Source: Camelus dromedarius (Eukaryota). From it: a stretch of DNA of 64,000 nucleotides. The stretch is from assembly GCF_036321535.1 (NCBI RefSeq), contig NC_087436.1, forward strand, positions 16,864,001 through 16,928,000. Reading direction: 5' to 3'. Both the position numbers and the translations under genes were made by a program. Of this stretch, positions 40,741 to 55,224 are shown one piece after another (position 1 is the stretch's first letter; the number at the start of each line of letters is the position of its first letter). Under the pieces are notes generated by a model. It did not search any database. It was not told the origin of the DNA and saw only the letters and a list, made by a program, of their open reading frames with translations.

Positions 40741-43700
40741 TGTCACGCTAAAGTAGGCCCCAGTGTGTTTGCTCTTCCTTGAATGAGAAATAAGTCTATG
40801 CAAAGTGAATGATTACAGATGGAGAACATGGTAGATTTTTCTCGTCTCTGCTCCATATTCACTTGGGTGTGTCTGTGGTCTTTTCTAGTTCTGCAGTTGA
40901 TGAGAAGGTGTCAATACCCACTTCTCTCTAATTCCCCGGTAATTGCAGACATCCATCTGAAACAGTTTGGCTCTGCCAAGGTGGGGCCTTTTCTATTCCA
41001 CTCCTTCATTCGTTACTATTTTTAGCTATTTCAGCACAAGAAAATTACAATCCCCATTATACATTGTTATCAAGACCTGCCTGTCCCCTGCTCTGCACTG
41101 TACTCTTCCCTTAAAATAGGACTGTATCAAATCCTGGTAATTACCATCAGGATTACTTCCTTTCTAGTTGTTTTCGTGGAGTTGTGGTGTCCAAATGGAT
41201 TGTGATCGATGGGGGGGGTCATGGAGAGGCAAATGATCCTTCAAAAGCAGCACCCACATTTTAGAGAAATGGTTTTTGTTCTGTTTTCTTTGTTTATTTT
41301 TTCTTAGTATTTATTAAATCTCTTTCTAACAGCTTTCAGATGGGCTAGGGGTGAATTGTCATGTAAAGATCACTGATTGCTTTCCTCTGTTCACTTTCAT
41401 CATCCTAATCAATGAAAAATGTTTTCTCATCTGCAGATTGATAAATGGTTAAATTTAATTTTTTGTGACCTTGAGATTTTCATCTGTTTTTTAAAATCAT
41501 GAGAGTATTTCAGTGGGGCTATAAAAGGGGCTGCCTCACAGCTGAAGGTAACAAGCCATATTGAGCCGGAAATCATGATTCTTTTTGGACATTTTTTATT
41601 TACTATAAGCTTGGAAGTATCTGCCAAACTTTGTTCAAATACTTGGCAATTCACAAGGATATTATGCAACAGTGATGCCACTGTTCTATTATATTGTATC
41701 CTAACCATAATGAAGTCCTCATAAATTTTTCTAACTCACGTTAAACTTATCCTGCTGCTTGGTATTTGCTCTGTATCTTCAAACAACTGTTTCCATTAGA
41801 CAGCCAAAAATGAAAGATTAAAACTGTGGCTTATTTGCTGTCTCTCAGTACACACTTCAATAAAAGTGTTAAATAGAACCTAGTACAAAAGGACTTCGTA
41901 TTTCTTAGATGTTTTATAACATAAGATTTGGGAGTCATCTCTATTGCTGATATTTAGTTGATATACATAAGTTAGTTTGATGAATCTATTTTTATTGACT
42001 CCTTTTGGAAGTGGTTTGTTATAAACAAACGAAAGAAGGTAAATAGTTTAAGTAATTTTAGAATACACATTGTTCATTTTTGACTATAAATTAACAATAT
42101 AAATTGATTTAAATGGACATTTCAGTCATTGATTCTAAAATTTAAACTAATGTAAGAGGTGGAATTCAGCTGCCCAAGCAAGCTTTTGGGGTTTGATTAT
42201 TCAAGTGATTAAGATGCTATTTGTCAACTCTAGTTTACCACCCCTTTTAATTATATAGATAATCAAACTAAGAACTGCTAATTCTGTCTCCTAACTATTA
42301 ATTGATTGTAATTACCTACAGATTAAAACTGCATGTGCAATTAACTCAAAGAATTAATTGATACAAGGGAATTGATAAAAAGGAAACAGAATGAACTTGG
42401 CATAAAAGAGGCTTAGGGACACAGGACCACGGGGCCCAGTGATGTCCTGGGCTCTGTCACGTCCTCATAAAGACACTGTGCTTGCATCTGGACTTCTTTG
42501 GCTCTGTTGGAGACAGTTGCATACATTATTTCTTATGAACATTTGATTTCTTGGTAGACTAAAACAGTATGTCTGAAGAGTTTGAATTCCTATTGTCTTT
42601 GGGCTTTTTGCTGATATTCAGACAACTTGGACAAATCTATCGGTTTGCAATATGGAGGAAATGTGTCGCTACAAAGACTATAGAAAAGTGGTGAATGTTT
42701 TAACTAGCTAGAGATTTTTCCTTCCTTCCTCCTTCTTTCCCTTCTTTCTTTCCTCATTCTCCTGGCAGTATCACCAGATACAATCTTACCAGTTTTCTGT
42801 GAGTCATCTAAGTCATTTAACTTTCTAAAATAACTACGCTTATTTGATTTTAGAAATCTCTCTCACCTGTGTAAATAGTAGGGTCACTGTTAACTACAGA
42901 AATCTGAATGAAAATGGAAAATGAAATAAAAACTGATATGTATTTAAAAACTATTATCATTTTATACATCAAGATAAACATCAAGAGAGGGAAGATGGTT
43001 TGGTGAAAAATATTCGGTCTTGAAAAATCTTAAAATTAAAAACAATACCTTTCTAAAGATTCTCCCAGTTTTTCGGTGTTTATGTCAGTTGCATTGTATG
43101 GGGCCTTTTACTCTTAACAGCATGCTGACTGGCCTTTTACTTGATGCTAAATCAATCCAGGAGCATATATTGAACTTGTGCTTGGGGTACAGCATTGTAT
43201 TTAATATTATGGAGAATACAAAGCAAGTGAAAAACTTTTAAGCCTAGGTAGGGAGATGAGGTATGAAGAAGACAACAACATAACATGAACTAGTGGCATA
43301 ATAAAGTTTTTCAAAAAGAGTCTAAGTAAGTACTCAGGAAATTCAAGTGCAGGAAGACATTAGTATAGATTTTAACAGTTTTCCAATTTTTCTATGTTCA
43401 GAGTTAGCCAGTCCCTCCTTGTTAATGTGATGGGAATATTTTGGTTTCTTTCCAAATTTTGATGTTTCATTTTCCCCAGATTTGTTTAATCTCTGAGTAT
43501 TTTGTTCTGTTCTGTTGGCTAATAAACTGGGAGTACTGACAAGATTTCTTATTTTTTCACCTATCAATGTACAGCCTTCTCTTGTGCTCCGTCTCTCTCT
43601 GTCTCTCACACACACACATACCTAGTATTCAGAATTTTCATTTCTCTCTGGCATTATCTGTGAGGATGTTGGCTCCGGGAAGGGTTTGTGACGATTTAGT

Positions 43701-46505
43701 CTGATATATGACTTTGGTCTTCTTCAAACTATCAGCTTATAACTTTCTACTGACTTTGTGGGATAAACCAAAATTTGTTGCATGTCACCTTCTGTGCGTG
43801 GCTTCCGAGGAGGAGTCGTTAGCATAGATCAGGGTGTGAATGATTACCTTGAGAATTTTAGTGGAGGCTTTACTGCTTCCTGACATGGAAAAGTTATAGC
43901 TGTATTTTCTAGTATGATACCTATATACTAGAGAAAACAATGTATGTCCTTCTCAATTACATGAGTCTGTTTTGTGAGTAAACAAGATAAAATATTTGGA
44001 ATGCTCTGGAATCTCTTGGAAAAATAAGTCATATAGTATTTAGTTTCATTTTGGGTTGGGCTCTTCAGTGATCACAAAGATTCCCTTTCGCCTGTGAGAT
44101 TTAACCTTGTGAGGCTAATTCTTGTTCATTAGTGTTTACATATCTGCTTTAATCATATTGCTAATAAACCAGAATCACAGAGCAATTCCAAGTAAAATAT
44201 TTTCCTTGTCCCTGAAGAATTTATAAATTTAAAAAAGGAGATTGGAAAGAGACGCTCAGTTATCTAAAATAGTGAGAATGCTTATTGTAGAAGTTCATTC
44301 AGGGAAGTGGGTGGGACAGGGATGGTGCCGATGAGTTGGGAAATGCTTCAAGTTAGTCAAAAAAGCTTCCTAAGAAATTTGTAGGGGCTTCCACATCTTT
44401 AATAACTCTTATGCTATCCTTTTATATCCCCCTAGGTTTATAAAAGTCTGCAAATAAAGTATGATGTGTGTGTCCTCTCCTTTGCTGTCCTCTTCTCAGA
44501 TACTAATATTTTCAGATTCTCTATGATCTCCCCCTTAGTGGCATTTGTTCCATTAAATACATTCACTTATTCACATTGCATTGTGATTGAAATGTGTGAC
44601 TTATTATGTTGCCTCTTCTAGAGACTTCCTTTTTGATAGAGGGCAGAGACTCTTTGACTGAAATTGAAGAAATATACATAAAATTAAAATGGGGCAGGGC
44701 GTGTGTGCATGTATTGATTAGGATGTCCCTGAGATAATATCACTTTTTTATTATTTCATGTGACTACTCTACCTCCCTATATAGAAGACATTTAACTTAT
44801 GGTCCTGTAAGTAAATTGAAGCAATGAAATGAGAGAATATATTCTTTTCCCTAAATTTATATGAAATTAACTGGCCCGTAGAGGGCTCTATTAAATTGAA
44901 GGTTTCAGGAAAGAATATATGTATATGAATAAGTGTTAGAAAGAAAATTGGAAATGTAAAAATAGTTTGATTCATTTGGATGGTAGGATTAAACTGAATT
45001 TTTGTAATTTAAAATGCTTAATATTTCTGAGAAATAAGTGGACAAATCAATATAAAATCTTTTCTTCATTAAAAAAAAATTATGCAGAAATCCCACTTAA
45101 CAACTACCGTGAGACAGAAGAAATACGTGGGCATATGCTGGCTAACCTTTTGCTCTTTCAACCTATTTACCTTAAGTACTTTCAATAATTTAATTTACTT
45201 TGCATTGTCAAAACTTGTGCCTTCATAATGATTCTGAATTTTCTGTTAAGCTGTTTATGTGACTGGGAAAGGAGGTTTCTTTTGTTTTTGTAAGTGCTAT
45301 TCGCAAATATGATTTTGCTTTAAGCTTTCCTTTAAAACGAAGTCAGTCTTCTTGAAGAGAAAAGTCAAAAGAATGAACCTATTAGTTTTCTGATGGGCAC
45401 ACTGTATGCAATAAAAACACGAGAGCTTTACTGTAAGAGGAAGCCCGTTAATTGAAGCCTCTCAATGCAGTGCTATCACTTCTTCATCTCTCTGATTAGA
45501 TGACAAGATGCAATTTTAATACGGAATAGTGGGGCCATAAAGATGATTTACTTTCCTCTTTGTAACACTAAGCAGTGTGATCAGTGTGTACTTTCCCTGG
45601 ATAAATATTCTTTTAACCTACATTGATATTTCTAACAGACAGAGCATTGTATGATTGGAGAGGAGTTGTGTCAAAAAGGTTTTCCTGTTTGGCTCGTGAC
45701 TCCAGTTGGCCTACTTTCTCTGAATCATCAGTGTTTCAGGATTATTATACTGTAAGTATTTGTAAAACTGGACATAGACTTGCATTACCATTTTTCTATC
45801 ATATTATTGAGTTAATTTTGATATAACATGTAAGATTCTGCTCTGGACATATTTCATTCCTAAAATGACTCCCCGTTGAAATTCACCTTTTTTCTGAAGC
45901 AGTGCTTTAGTTCTGTTATCTTATTTTGTGTAAATTTTGCTAATCACCTTAACTCCTAAATACACGTATTGATTTTTGTTTGAAGAGCAGTAATAGTCAA
46001 AGTGATCATCCCAATGGTTTGTGCCAAATGTGATCGCACCTATTTTTGTAATGGTACCTAGACTATCAAGTAAAGATAGTGGAGACCAATGGAGAACCAA
46101 GAGGTTCGTTAGGGTGTGGCACTTGGAGGACTTAAAACTCCAAGGACAATTTTATAACCACATACTAATGGTTTTTTGAGTGAGAGTAATCTTGGACATG
46201 GGAATCTGTGACTTGAAAATAGAATTGGAACTTCACTTTAAGTTCACCAACTCATCAGGGCAAGTCCTAAGATGTCACTATGTGAATAGTAGAAGAAACC
46301 CATGTGATTCTGAAATCTTTAGCAGCGATTTTTAAAAGGCTTCAAAATGCTGTTTTACAACATTAGGTCTCACAGTGTCTGTATATATGTCTGGGTTTCT
46401 TACACCTCCCATATGTTATGCTCTGTGTGTGAATGTGTCCGTCTCATCCTGTGTCTTTTTTCCTCTTTTCCTATCGTTGATTATTTTTCTTTTTGACTTG
46501 TCATT

Positions 46506-46883
46506 TGTATTAGTGTGCTTTGGCTGCCATAACAAAATACCACAGACTGAGTGGCTTAAACAACAGAAATTTCTTTCTCAAAGTCATGAAGGCTGGAAGT
46601 CCAAGACCACAGTGCCTGCAGGACTGGTTTCTCCTGGAGCCTCTCTTTCCTTACTGTCAGATAGCTGCCTTCTTGCTCTGCCCTCACATGGCCTTTCCTG
46701 TGTATGTGTTTCTAGTGTCTTTCTCTTCCTACAAGGACACTAATCATACTGGATTAGTGCCCTACCCTTATGGCCTCATTTAACCTGATTACCTCTTTAA
46801 AGGTCGTATCTCCAAATATAGTCACATTGAGGCTTAAAGATTCAACATATGAATTATGGGGAGACACAGTTCAGTCCATAGCA
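46506..46883 (-). mobile_element. MaLR solo LTR (MLT1A-like)
   Basis: tgtattagt...ggctgccataacaaaataccacagactgagtggcttaaacaacagaaa...cagtccatagca. Confidence 0.92.
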
Positions 46884-47854
46884 CTATTAGACAGCTGATA
46901 ATAATTTTTCCTATTGAATAGTTTGTTATCTACTATTTTAAAAAACACTGAGTTTTTATATTTTTCCTGTAAATGAAAACTTCTGAATTATGTCTTATTT
47001 GACTTATGCTGCTTAATTCTTTCTGAGTGAACCTACTAAATCATTACCACCCTGTTTAGATAAAGACATTATATGAATATTATTAAGGAAATTTAGATGG
47101 ATTTAGACTAGGAAATTATGTTAATGTTTTTTGAAATTTGAACAGTCTTTGTAATCTGTTATTTTCAGAACATATTAGTTAATCACAGAATAGACAGTTA
47201 CTTCCAGCTAATGGGATGTATATTTCTAATTCATACATGTCTATAACAAGTGATACCCATAGAAGGCTGTTTTCATTATCTTCCAGTAAAAGTGAATAAA
47301 TGAACTACTGCTTCTAAGCCTTCCAGCTCTACCCTGTTTTACACTAATAATGTAGACATTGCTTCTAGCTATGTGAAGTACATTTAAACATAGTTCTTTT
47401 GGGATTAATCTGGCAAGAGTAGACATGACTGTGGATAGCTCTAAATACAAGACTAGGAGTGTTTATTCATTGCCGACTGGGGAATTAGTACAAAAGATTT
47501 CTAAACGTGGTTGACATAGTAGATGGTATTTTGGGTATGTGTACTTGTCTAAAGAGCTTGGGGTGGACTAGAGTGGAGACTAGTTAAGCATTAATAGGCC
47601 TTTTGCATCAGTCCAGTTAAGGCTTTTATCTTATTCTTGCAAGCCAACTATGTTGGGGGAGGTAAATGGATAAGAGAGGGTAAGGTCAGACCTTCAAATT
47701 CCTTTCCTGCAGCTCACTGCACCTTTAATTTTTACCATTGAAAGTCTGATTTTTTTTTTTTTTTTAGTAAGGATTCTCCTTTTGTTTATTCTTTAAAATA
47801 ATAACAGTCCTAAAAAGGATTACAAAGTTTTAAGTAATCTTTTTTTTCCCCATT

Positions 47855-48665
47855 TTTTAATCGTGGTAAAATATACATAACAAAATTTACCATTTTAACT
47901 TTTTTTCCTATATATATATATTTATTGAAGTATAGTTAGTTTGCAGTGTTGTGTCAATTTCTGGTGTATGGAAATTCCTCAAAAGACTAAAAATACACTT
48001 ACCACACGTTTTAACATTTTTAAGTGTACTGTTTGGTGGCATTAAGTACACCCACATTGCTGTGTAACCATTACCACCATCCATCTCCAGAATCTTTTCA
48101 TCTTTCCAAACTAAAACTCTGTACCCATTAAATACTAGTTCCCTGTTCTTGCCTCCCCTTATCCCTTGGCAACAGGTATTCTGCTTTCTCTTTTGTGACT
48201 GGCTCATCTCATTTTGCATAATGTCTTCAAGGTTCATCCATGTTGTAGCATGTGTCAGAATTTCCTTTTTTAAAAACGGCTGAATAATATCCTCTTGTAT
48301 ATATATACATACATATATATATATATATCATATTTTATTTATCTATTCATCTGTTGGGGAACATTTAGACTGCTTTCACCATTTGGATTATTGTGAATAA
48401 TGCCACTGTAAACATGAGTGTGCAAGTATTGTTTGAGTCCATTCTGTCACTTCTTTTGGGTATATACCCAGAAGTGGAATTGCTGATCTATATTGATTCC
48501 TATGTTTAATATTTTGAGGAATCGCTGTATTATTTTGCACAGTGGCTGCACCATTTTACATTCCCACTAGCAATGCACAAGTGTTCCAGTTTCTCCACAT
48601 TTTCATCAACACTTACTACATTTTCTGTTTTCTTGATAACAGCCATCCTAGTGGGTGTGAAGTGT
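47855..48665 (-). mobile_element. L1MB-like 3' end with a nested insertion at 47900-48006
   Basis: gtggtaaaatatacataacaaaatttaccattttaac...aaggttcatccatgttgtagcatgtgtcagaatttcc. Confidence 0.88.
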
Positions 48666-51406
48666 TAAGTAATCTTGATGTGAGTTTGTTCAATCAGGTC
48701 CAAAAGACAAAAAGTAACTAGGAAAACTGAGGATGTAGAAAGAAGCTTGCATTGTTGAAAGAAGAGAAGACAGGGCACAGATAACCTTGTCTTTGATTTT
48801 GTAGGAGGAGAGAAAACTATAACACATTCTACTTTCAAAACACTCTGTATAGCTTAGCTACACATCAAAATTTTAATTCACTCAAATAAGAAAGTCATTG
48901 TGGATTGCTTTCTTTAAGCTAAAAGAACACTATCCCTTTTAAGCCTGAAGTGTTTGTTTTCTTTTTAAAGTATTTTGTATCCTTATATGTTTTTAGTTCT
49001 AATTAAATGATAATACAATAATGCTGTATGTCTTTAATTTTAATGTTTCATTTCTGAACTGCAGACTTATTGTATTAGAATTCCCAGTTATTGTAAACAA
49101 TGGCATATGGCCCCCTAAAACTTCTTTACGTGAAGTTAAAGAAACCGCATCCTGAAGAATAAGTTACTAATGCTACTTTTTGTGGTCTCTGAAGTACTGA
49201 GATATTTATAGCCTTAACTATCTTGAAAGATATTATTTATCCAAAGTAAGTGAGCACCTGTGAATGTAATCTCTTGTGTAACATAAAAATGTGATATTGC
49301 ATTGCAATGGCATATATAGGAAAGACCACCATCTCCAACTTTGTTGCTGCAATTTCACTTCGTAACTCCTCTTTACAAGGTTCACTAACTTTATGACAAT
49401 GTATGAAGCAATCTTGAAATCCTCAACCTGATGGACTGTAGGTGTGGAAAACAACTCTGGTATTTATCAAAATTGTGAGATGCAAAAATAAATGTATTTA
49501 TCAATAGTGCTCTTTAAAAAGCTAGGATAAAAACAAATATTAACAGAAATGTGTGTAAGAAGTTAATTTCTAGCTAATATTTGGAAACACAGGAGAGGGT
49601 GAAGTAACTTTTACACATTAGTTATCAGTAAGGCAAAACTCTTCTAAGCTAGTGGCTCATTCATGGCTATGTTGCAGTGGCTCTGGGGGTCAGGAAGTTC
49701 CTTGACAGGACCTCTGCCATCTGGTGACACCCTAGGTTGAGGGTGAGATGACAAGCAAGGGAATGCCCAAGCATGTGTGCTCCCATACTCGTCAAGGTGG
49801 TGACAGAATTCAGGGAGAGAGGAGCAGAGGAGAAAGAACCTAGCTGGGTTTGTCCCCGTGGGAGGGCAGGCGCATTTCAAGGAAGTGAGGGAAGTTCAGT
49901 GTGGCAGAAGTGTGGCATTCAAGAGGAAAGTGGCAAGAGCAGAAACAAGATTTTAACAAAGCCCCATCATCACGAAGTGCCTTGTAGGAAGACATTTGAT
50001 CACTTTATTTTCTTAATTCTGGATGAAAAGAATTTGCCTAACCTTGACACTAGGAAGTAAGGGATTACAAGCAAGCAGAATTTGGTGTAATAACTGATTG
50101 CATTATAAATTGTTTTATGTTTCAAAGAACACACTGTGAGTCCTCTGGGCATTTAGACCTCCCTCCTCCCAAGGAGAACAAGTCCCATATGAGAGGAGAA
50201 ACCAAGAGTCAGTGGTCATTTTTTTTTTAACATACTTACAGATTCATCTGATAAACAAAACCAAAAAAAATTAGTTTTGTAGAAACATATTTTGTAGAAA
50301 TGAAGAAGAGATTTTGTATATAACATTCTTTATAGAAGCTTAATTTTGACCATAGAATGGGTTGACTAGATTTTAATGAAACTTCTTATCACTTTTTTCT
50401 GGAGAATTTTCTTGAGCCATTTTGGTAAAAGAAAGCTGTATGAGTCTAAGGGGATATTCTTCTTTTAACTTGGAAATTTAGACACCTTTTTGTAATGCTT
50501 TATTGTACTGTCAGAAGACTGTGGGCATTCACTTGAAATATTTTATTACATAATAAAAAATGGTAAATTAACTTTTAATTCATAGAGCATCTTTGCTCAT
50601 TTTTCTCCCACATCACAATTTCTTCTCTCTGCTCTTTTCCTTCCCTCCTGCACAACATTTGAGAAGGTGTTGTAATTGTTTTCATACTCACGATTTTCTC
50701 CTCTTGTGGGCTGCATTTGATAAAAAAAAAGGTTATCTGATTTGATTTTCTGATATTTCTAAGCATTAACACAAATCATTGTGGCTATCAATTCGAAAAT
50801 TTCTGTTCATTCAAATGATTTCCTAAATTTTTAAAGATCATTTTGGATACCAATGAAATTACATTTTGAAAATCCTATAGTAGTCTGGGAATTAGTTTAA
50901 GCCTTGAGTTAACTAAGTGACTATGATTTTTTGACATTTTGAGCAGCATTCCAGAAGTTACTCTTATCTAGTTTTTTTATTTATTGTTTTGATCCTATTA
51001 CAAGAAATGTGATGTCTAATACTGCACATTATCTTCAGCTTTCACATTTTAATTTTGAAATGCATTTTTGTTTTCCTATGAAATATAAAATTTTGAATGA
51101 CATAGATATTTATTTTGATATGTTTAGTAATTATTTTTAATGTATATAGTTGTAGTCAAAATGCCACATTTCAATGATTTATTACCTTGCAACAGTATTA
51201 TCTGGGCCTGATAGTTTTATATCATATATTTTATATGGTCCCTAGTATTTTTATAATAATTACTTATTTCATTTTATTGAATTTTTCCTTCTAGATAGAA
51301 ATTTCTAGTGTTGTCCTAGTTAAGTACTTTTTACTCCATGCAAAATTCCTTTAGCAATAAATAGGTTAAGATCTATGGTCACAATAAACTGCTCAAGACT
51401 TCTGTA

Positions 51407-51437
<31 letters not shown>

Positions 51438-52629
51438 TCTTACAAAGTTTTAAAAGGAAGCACTCTTGGTGAATGCAAGATTTGGATTGTAATGTTACTT
51501 AGATTTACCAGTGTACCACCATTTAAACCACATCACAATAGCCCTCACACTAAATAGTATTCAAAATGAAAAGTTAGATAAGTAAATAGGATAATTTTAA
51601 ATGTGTATTTTTGAATCAATTTGATTATATAGAGAAAAATCATGATCTACACTTCTCATTTCTTTTATTATAAAAGACCATTGGATTTTTAGTTTGGGAA
51701 GCCACTTCAAAATCTTTCTTTACTGCAGAAGCCAAACGATTCAGTCAAATTCTCTAAATCATATTGACCCTTTATTCTGAGATATAGTTGTGTGGGAAAG
51801 GTGTTTGAGGGGCATTAGGCCCACGTGCTTTACTAATAGTGCCCACCATAGTTGTAGTTTTAGTCTCCAGTCAACATGTGCATTCTTTCTGAGATGAGCT
51901 GGAGTGTGATTGTTACCGAAACCTGGATGAAAGAATGAAAAGCTGGATGGAGAGAACATTGGAGCAGATATTAGGTTAAGGGAGTGAACAGACTGTGCCT
52001 GCCTTGGGGAACCCCCCCACCCCCACCCTCCTGGGAAGCTGGGTACACTTGTTCTCTACGAAAGGGAACATTAACTAAATTTCTTAAAAAGTAATGAAAG
52101 GGAACAAACTGTAAAAAGGCAGCCAAAAAAGGCAAGCATCTGTTACTGAACATGTCTGACTTGACTTCCTTTTAATGTTCCTAGGAATAAATTTATGAAC
52201 TAGGAAAGGTTCAGCACTAATTAGCTTGTTTTCATCAAACAAAATGCACCAGACATGGGTGTTGAATATGAATGAAGACTTCAGTAGTAATGATAAGTAG
52301 ACAAAGAGAGTACCAGTAGATGCAGAAAGCGCTGGTATCCGGGGTTATGTCCACAGGCTCTGGATATTGCTATGGCTGTTAATATTGCATTGACTTCAGA
52401 CTTGCTATAATGTGTTTTTAAATGATCGGAAAAAAATTTCTGAAAAGTCAAGTGTGTTCATTAAATAATAGATGGATTAGGCGCAAAATTTTCTCTTCAG
52501 CTGTACACCGTTAGGCTAATGAGATGTTAGAAGGAATTGGCATAACAAATATAGATACTTGAAGACAAAAGATTTTAGTATAAGTGACAGCCATGGTGAT
52601 GGTTGTATCTTGTGCTAGTTGTGCAGAAG

Positions 52630-52955
52630 CATGATCTTTATTAGAAACTCTTGGGACCAGGCGTATCTGGGAATCAGAATATTTCAAACTTTAGAAAGGT
52701 AAGAAGATAAGTGGATCTACAGTCAAGCCTGTAATCAAACCATTGAAACATTTTACAGTAAAGCATAAGGATATTCTCATTAAGTGGGAGATCAAGGCCG
52801 TTATATAGGCCTTTTGTTGGTTGGATCTGGTCAGGTTTTGCAACCAAAGGTCAGATGAGTTAAATTTGCCTCCGTATGTGTTATGAAAGGTTTGTTGTTT
52901 TTTTTGGTAAAGGTTTTTGGATTTCTGAGCTACAAGTAAGGACTCAAAGACCTGT
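52630..52955. mobile_element. Ancient TcMar-Tigger-type MITE (Tigger15/MamRep434-like)
   Basis: gggaccaggcgtatctgggaatcagaatatttcaaactttagaaaggtaa...ttggatttctgag...gacctgta. Family assignment is from memory. Confidence 0.5.
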
Positions 52956-53074
52956 AGTAGTGATAGTAATAGCAATAATAATAGTAGTGGTCGCTGTAGA
53001 GGTAAAGGCGATGGAGAAGATAAAGAGATAAGGACAGAAACAGACACAAACACACACAGTACAGACACATTGTG

Positions 53075-53530
53075 TGCTAATAAAGGAAACCTTATTTAAA
53101 ATGGAACCGGGAAGCCCAAGGGGAGAGCTCTCACATACATACCACTCTTTGCACTTGCATAACCAGCAGGAAGACGGAAGATAAGAATTATTTTGATGAA
53201 GGAGGACATTAATCATAGGGGAATTATATCACCTGCTTTTCAGGAAAAGAAGGAAGATCTCTCCCTACCCCAGCAACAAAGCTCTAATCACCCCTTTAGG
53301 TGAGAAACTCTAAAACCTCCAACTCTTGCTCTTCTCCAATGAACTTTTGTTCAAAACAACCCTTGCCAATTTCCTTCTAAAACCTACTCAAAGCACAAGC
53401 GCTTTCCTTTGTTCTCCAGACTTGCCTGTGATTCACCATAGCTTATCTGTCTTGGCAATTCTCTGCTATTCCTGAATAAACCCATTTTGCTGGTAAAAAT
53501 AACTGGCTGCTTTATTTTTAAGGTTGACGA
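53075..53530 (+). mobile_element. Old ERV1-class (MER-type) solo LTR
   Basis: aaaatgga near the 5' end; ctgctattcctgaataaacccattttgctgg...taaggttgac 3' end with AATAAA. Confidence 0.6.
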
Positions 53531-53689
53531 CAATGAATATTACTAGTTCCATAAGGAAAATATCTTGATCATATATTCATATTTCTTGATACTTGGTGCA
53601 AGATTTCCTGGAATTAATTGCAGAATGTCCACGTTTATATGATTCCCAGTGGCAGAATCAGGCAGATGTAATTGTGTATCTCTGACAGA

Positions 53690-53945
53690 TGCTAACTCCT
53701 GTGAGAGTTCTTCCCTGAACCCCACCTCTAGAAGAACACCACTTCTTTTGTTTTTCAACTCACAATGTATTCCAACCTGACAGTACATCATGAATCTCTT
53801 TATTGGTTTATTCCTGGTCTTCCTCACTAAAACATAGACTCCACAAGGCTAAAGACATTTTAGACCACCAATGCGACCCCAGTGCCTAGAATGGTTTCTA
53901 TGATAAACTAGAAGTTTAGAAAATATTTGCTGAATACATTAATAA
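53690..53945 (+). mobile_element. L2 3' end
   Basis: ccccagtgcctagaatggtt...aaatatttgctgaat. Confidence 0.65.
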
Positions 53946-55224
53946 TGGGCTGCATGACATTTCCTCTAAATGGAACACATGAGAGGCCCAAGGTCCCAAA
54001 GCAGTGAAAAATACCACCATGATAATATTACTAGAAAGAGGCAAAAGAAAAAAAGTCATGCTGTAATTGTTTTTTTTTTTTCCTATATTGATCAAAATTG
54101 TTGTACAGGCCTTAATTCTTTGTCTTGAAATGGACTTGGCCCATTCCTCTTCTCTGGAACCTGGGCCATTCTCATTTTATCAAGTCGTTTTCCTGTGGGT
54201 TCTCCTTTTCTTTTTTCTAACCTCCTCCAACATCCCTCATTAGAAGACTCCTTTGAGACTACAGGCAGGGCTGGCTTCATTGGCTAGTTGGAAGGGACCA
54301 AATCCATCCCAGGGGCACAAACGCAAAACTCTGACTTGTAGGAGATCCTGGTATTGAAGACTAGGTCACAGATGGTGACACCTGGTTGGTAGTAATCAGG
54401 AGGCCACACACTCCCATTCAGTTGTTGCATTAGGAAATTAACAGATGGTGAAGATACTGTCAGTCACAAAAGGCTATTTTAGGATGCTGTCTTCAGTGAT
54501 TGATTCCTAATCTGATTCTAGGTTTATTCTTGAACCAAACACATAGGACAGCCTTTAACCTCAAATTATTTTAGATCTTTGTATTCTTCTTTCTCTATTC
54601 TCTCTATGCTGTTACTACATATTTATGAGCATCCTGTAAAGCCTTTTAACAGTTGTCTTTTACCATGTGTTAAAATAATTTTTATAAATTATGCTTTATA
54701 TAAAAAGCCCAAAATAAGAAAATTAACCATACTTATTATAACAACAATGCTTGATTACCTTATTTTTTCATTCAAAAGTATATTCTGAACATCTTTTCTT
54801 ATTCATTAATTTATTTTCTTTAATATTAAATCAATGTTAGCAGTATATGGGTATAATGCATTTTTGGTTATTTTGGCATTGAATAATGCTTTAATGGGTT
54901 GCAGTGCACTATATTTATGTTCGAATGTTTGTGAATAATTTTAATTTCCTTGTGACATATTCCTGGTAATGGAATTGTTGGTGTGCCCTCCTCCTCCTTT
55001 TGCTTTGTATTTTAATATATATTGTTAAATTGTCTGTCAACGAAGTGTTGGTTTGGAATTTTCACATAGATTTTCACTACTTCTCCTACCTCATAAACAA
55101 AAGTACACATAGGAAAAACAAATCAACAACTAGCTAAAGTTAGATAATTATCTGCAGGTTTAATTTAAATCAGAGGTAGATTTTAGGGTATCTTGTGGAG
55201 TGGGGGAATGTGCCTTAGGCCCTT

